This document shows, piece after piece, positions 63,251 through 64,000 of a stretch of 64,000 bases of DNA (its first letter is position 1; every line of letters begins with the position of its first letter). The stretch spans positions 295,554,001-295,618,000 of the forward strand of contig OZ024743.1 of assembly GCA_964016885.1 (NCBI GenBank), read 5' to 3'. Under the pieces are notes generated by a model. It did not search any database. It had not been told where the DNA came from and was given only the letters and a program-made list of their open reading frames with translations. The stretch is from Eledone cirrhosa (Eukaryota). The position numbers and the translations under genes were made by a program.

Positions 63251-64000
63251 TATATAGCTACATAATATTACATAATTACCTATATAAATCATTATTATTT
63301 TTCATGTAACGATGCTAGGACACAAATACATATATGTTTGTGTGTGCCTCTGTGTGTGTTTGTGTGTATTTATGTATGTATATCTTTCACTGCTGTATAT
63401 GGGCAAACAATATAAACATCGGGTGTAAGGAGAGATCAGCAACACCCTCGCGTCTCTCTCGCAGTCAGCAATCAACTAGTGATTGGTCCATTGTACCTCA
63501 ATAACCACAGACGCTATTCTTCAGAAATTGCTCTATAGAATATTTAAAATAGGAAATAAGTAGAATTTAGAAAGAATAATGGGTTAATGGTCTTTCTGTG
63601 TCAACATTTTCACCGAGCATGCTTGGATTGACTTTTGTCTCTATTTCTCTTTAATATTACCCTTCAAATGATTTGGTGAAGCGGATAAACATTACAACTC
63701 CTTTGAATATAATGTTGTGTATATGACAATAGTCTTAATTATAAATTATATGTATGGATCTCGAACCATGTATCTATCTATCTTCTATCTTACCTATTAA
63801 GATATCATTTCATCGTATTCATGGACTTAATCTTAATTTGAAATTTCCAACGGAAGTAAAATATGTAATGACCTTAGACATCAGTGGATGAGTTTATCTT
63901 TAAAAGAACTGATATGATTTAATCATGAGTTCACACACTACAGTTAAATACAAGTGTAAAAAATTAAAAACACTTAACAAGAATGGGCTTTTAGCAATCC

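Overview
Eukaryotic, AT-rich, microsatellite-dense DNA with no host protein-coding gene that I can support. The SINE and microsatellite content suggests an octopus or other coleoid cephalopod (inference). The window is almost entirely non-LTR retroelements. Its core is two arrays built on (TAA)n microsatellites, at about 14.6-39.1 kb (TAA on +) and 47.1-61.7 kb (TTA on +). They hold five L1/Tx1-clade LINE copies from four lineages (CCHC ORF1; APE-RT-zinc-finger ORF2) and R4/Dong-clade RLE elements. Tx1 copies always read into (ATT)n and Dong copies always read into (TAA)n, so two unrelated endonuclease systems use the same target with opposite polarity. A tRNA-like SINE shares the Tx1 3' end, stacks at ATT sites with nested target-site duplications, and has one twin-priming-like inverted copy, which points to a target-specific LINE/SINE pair. 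The Tx1 copies also conserve non-coding signals: a splice donor at the ORF1 stop, a 5'UTR hairpin and a 3'UTR motif. The flanks carry Penelope-like elements (including Naiad-type) with several hammerhead ribozyme motifs. All copies are disrupted, and all alignments were made by eye, so boundaries of degenerate fragments are approximate.
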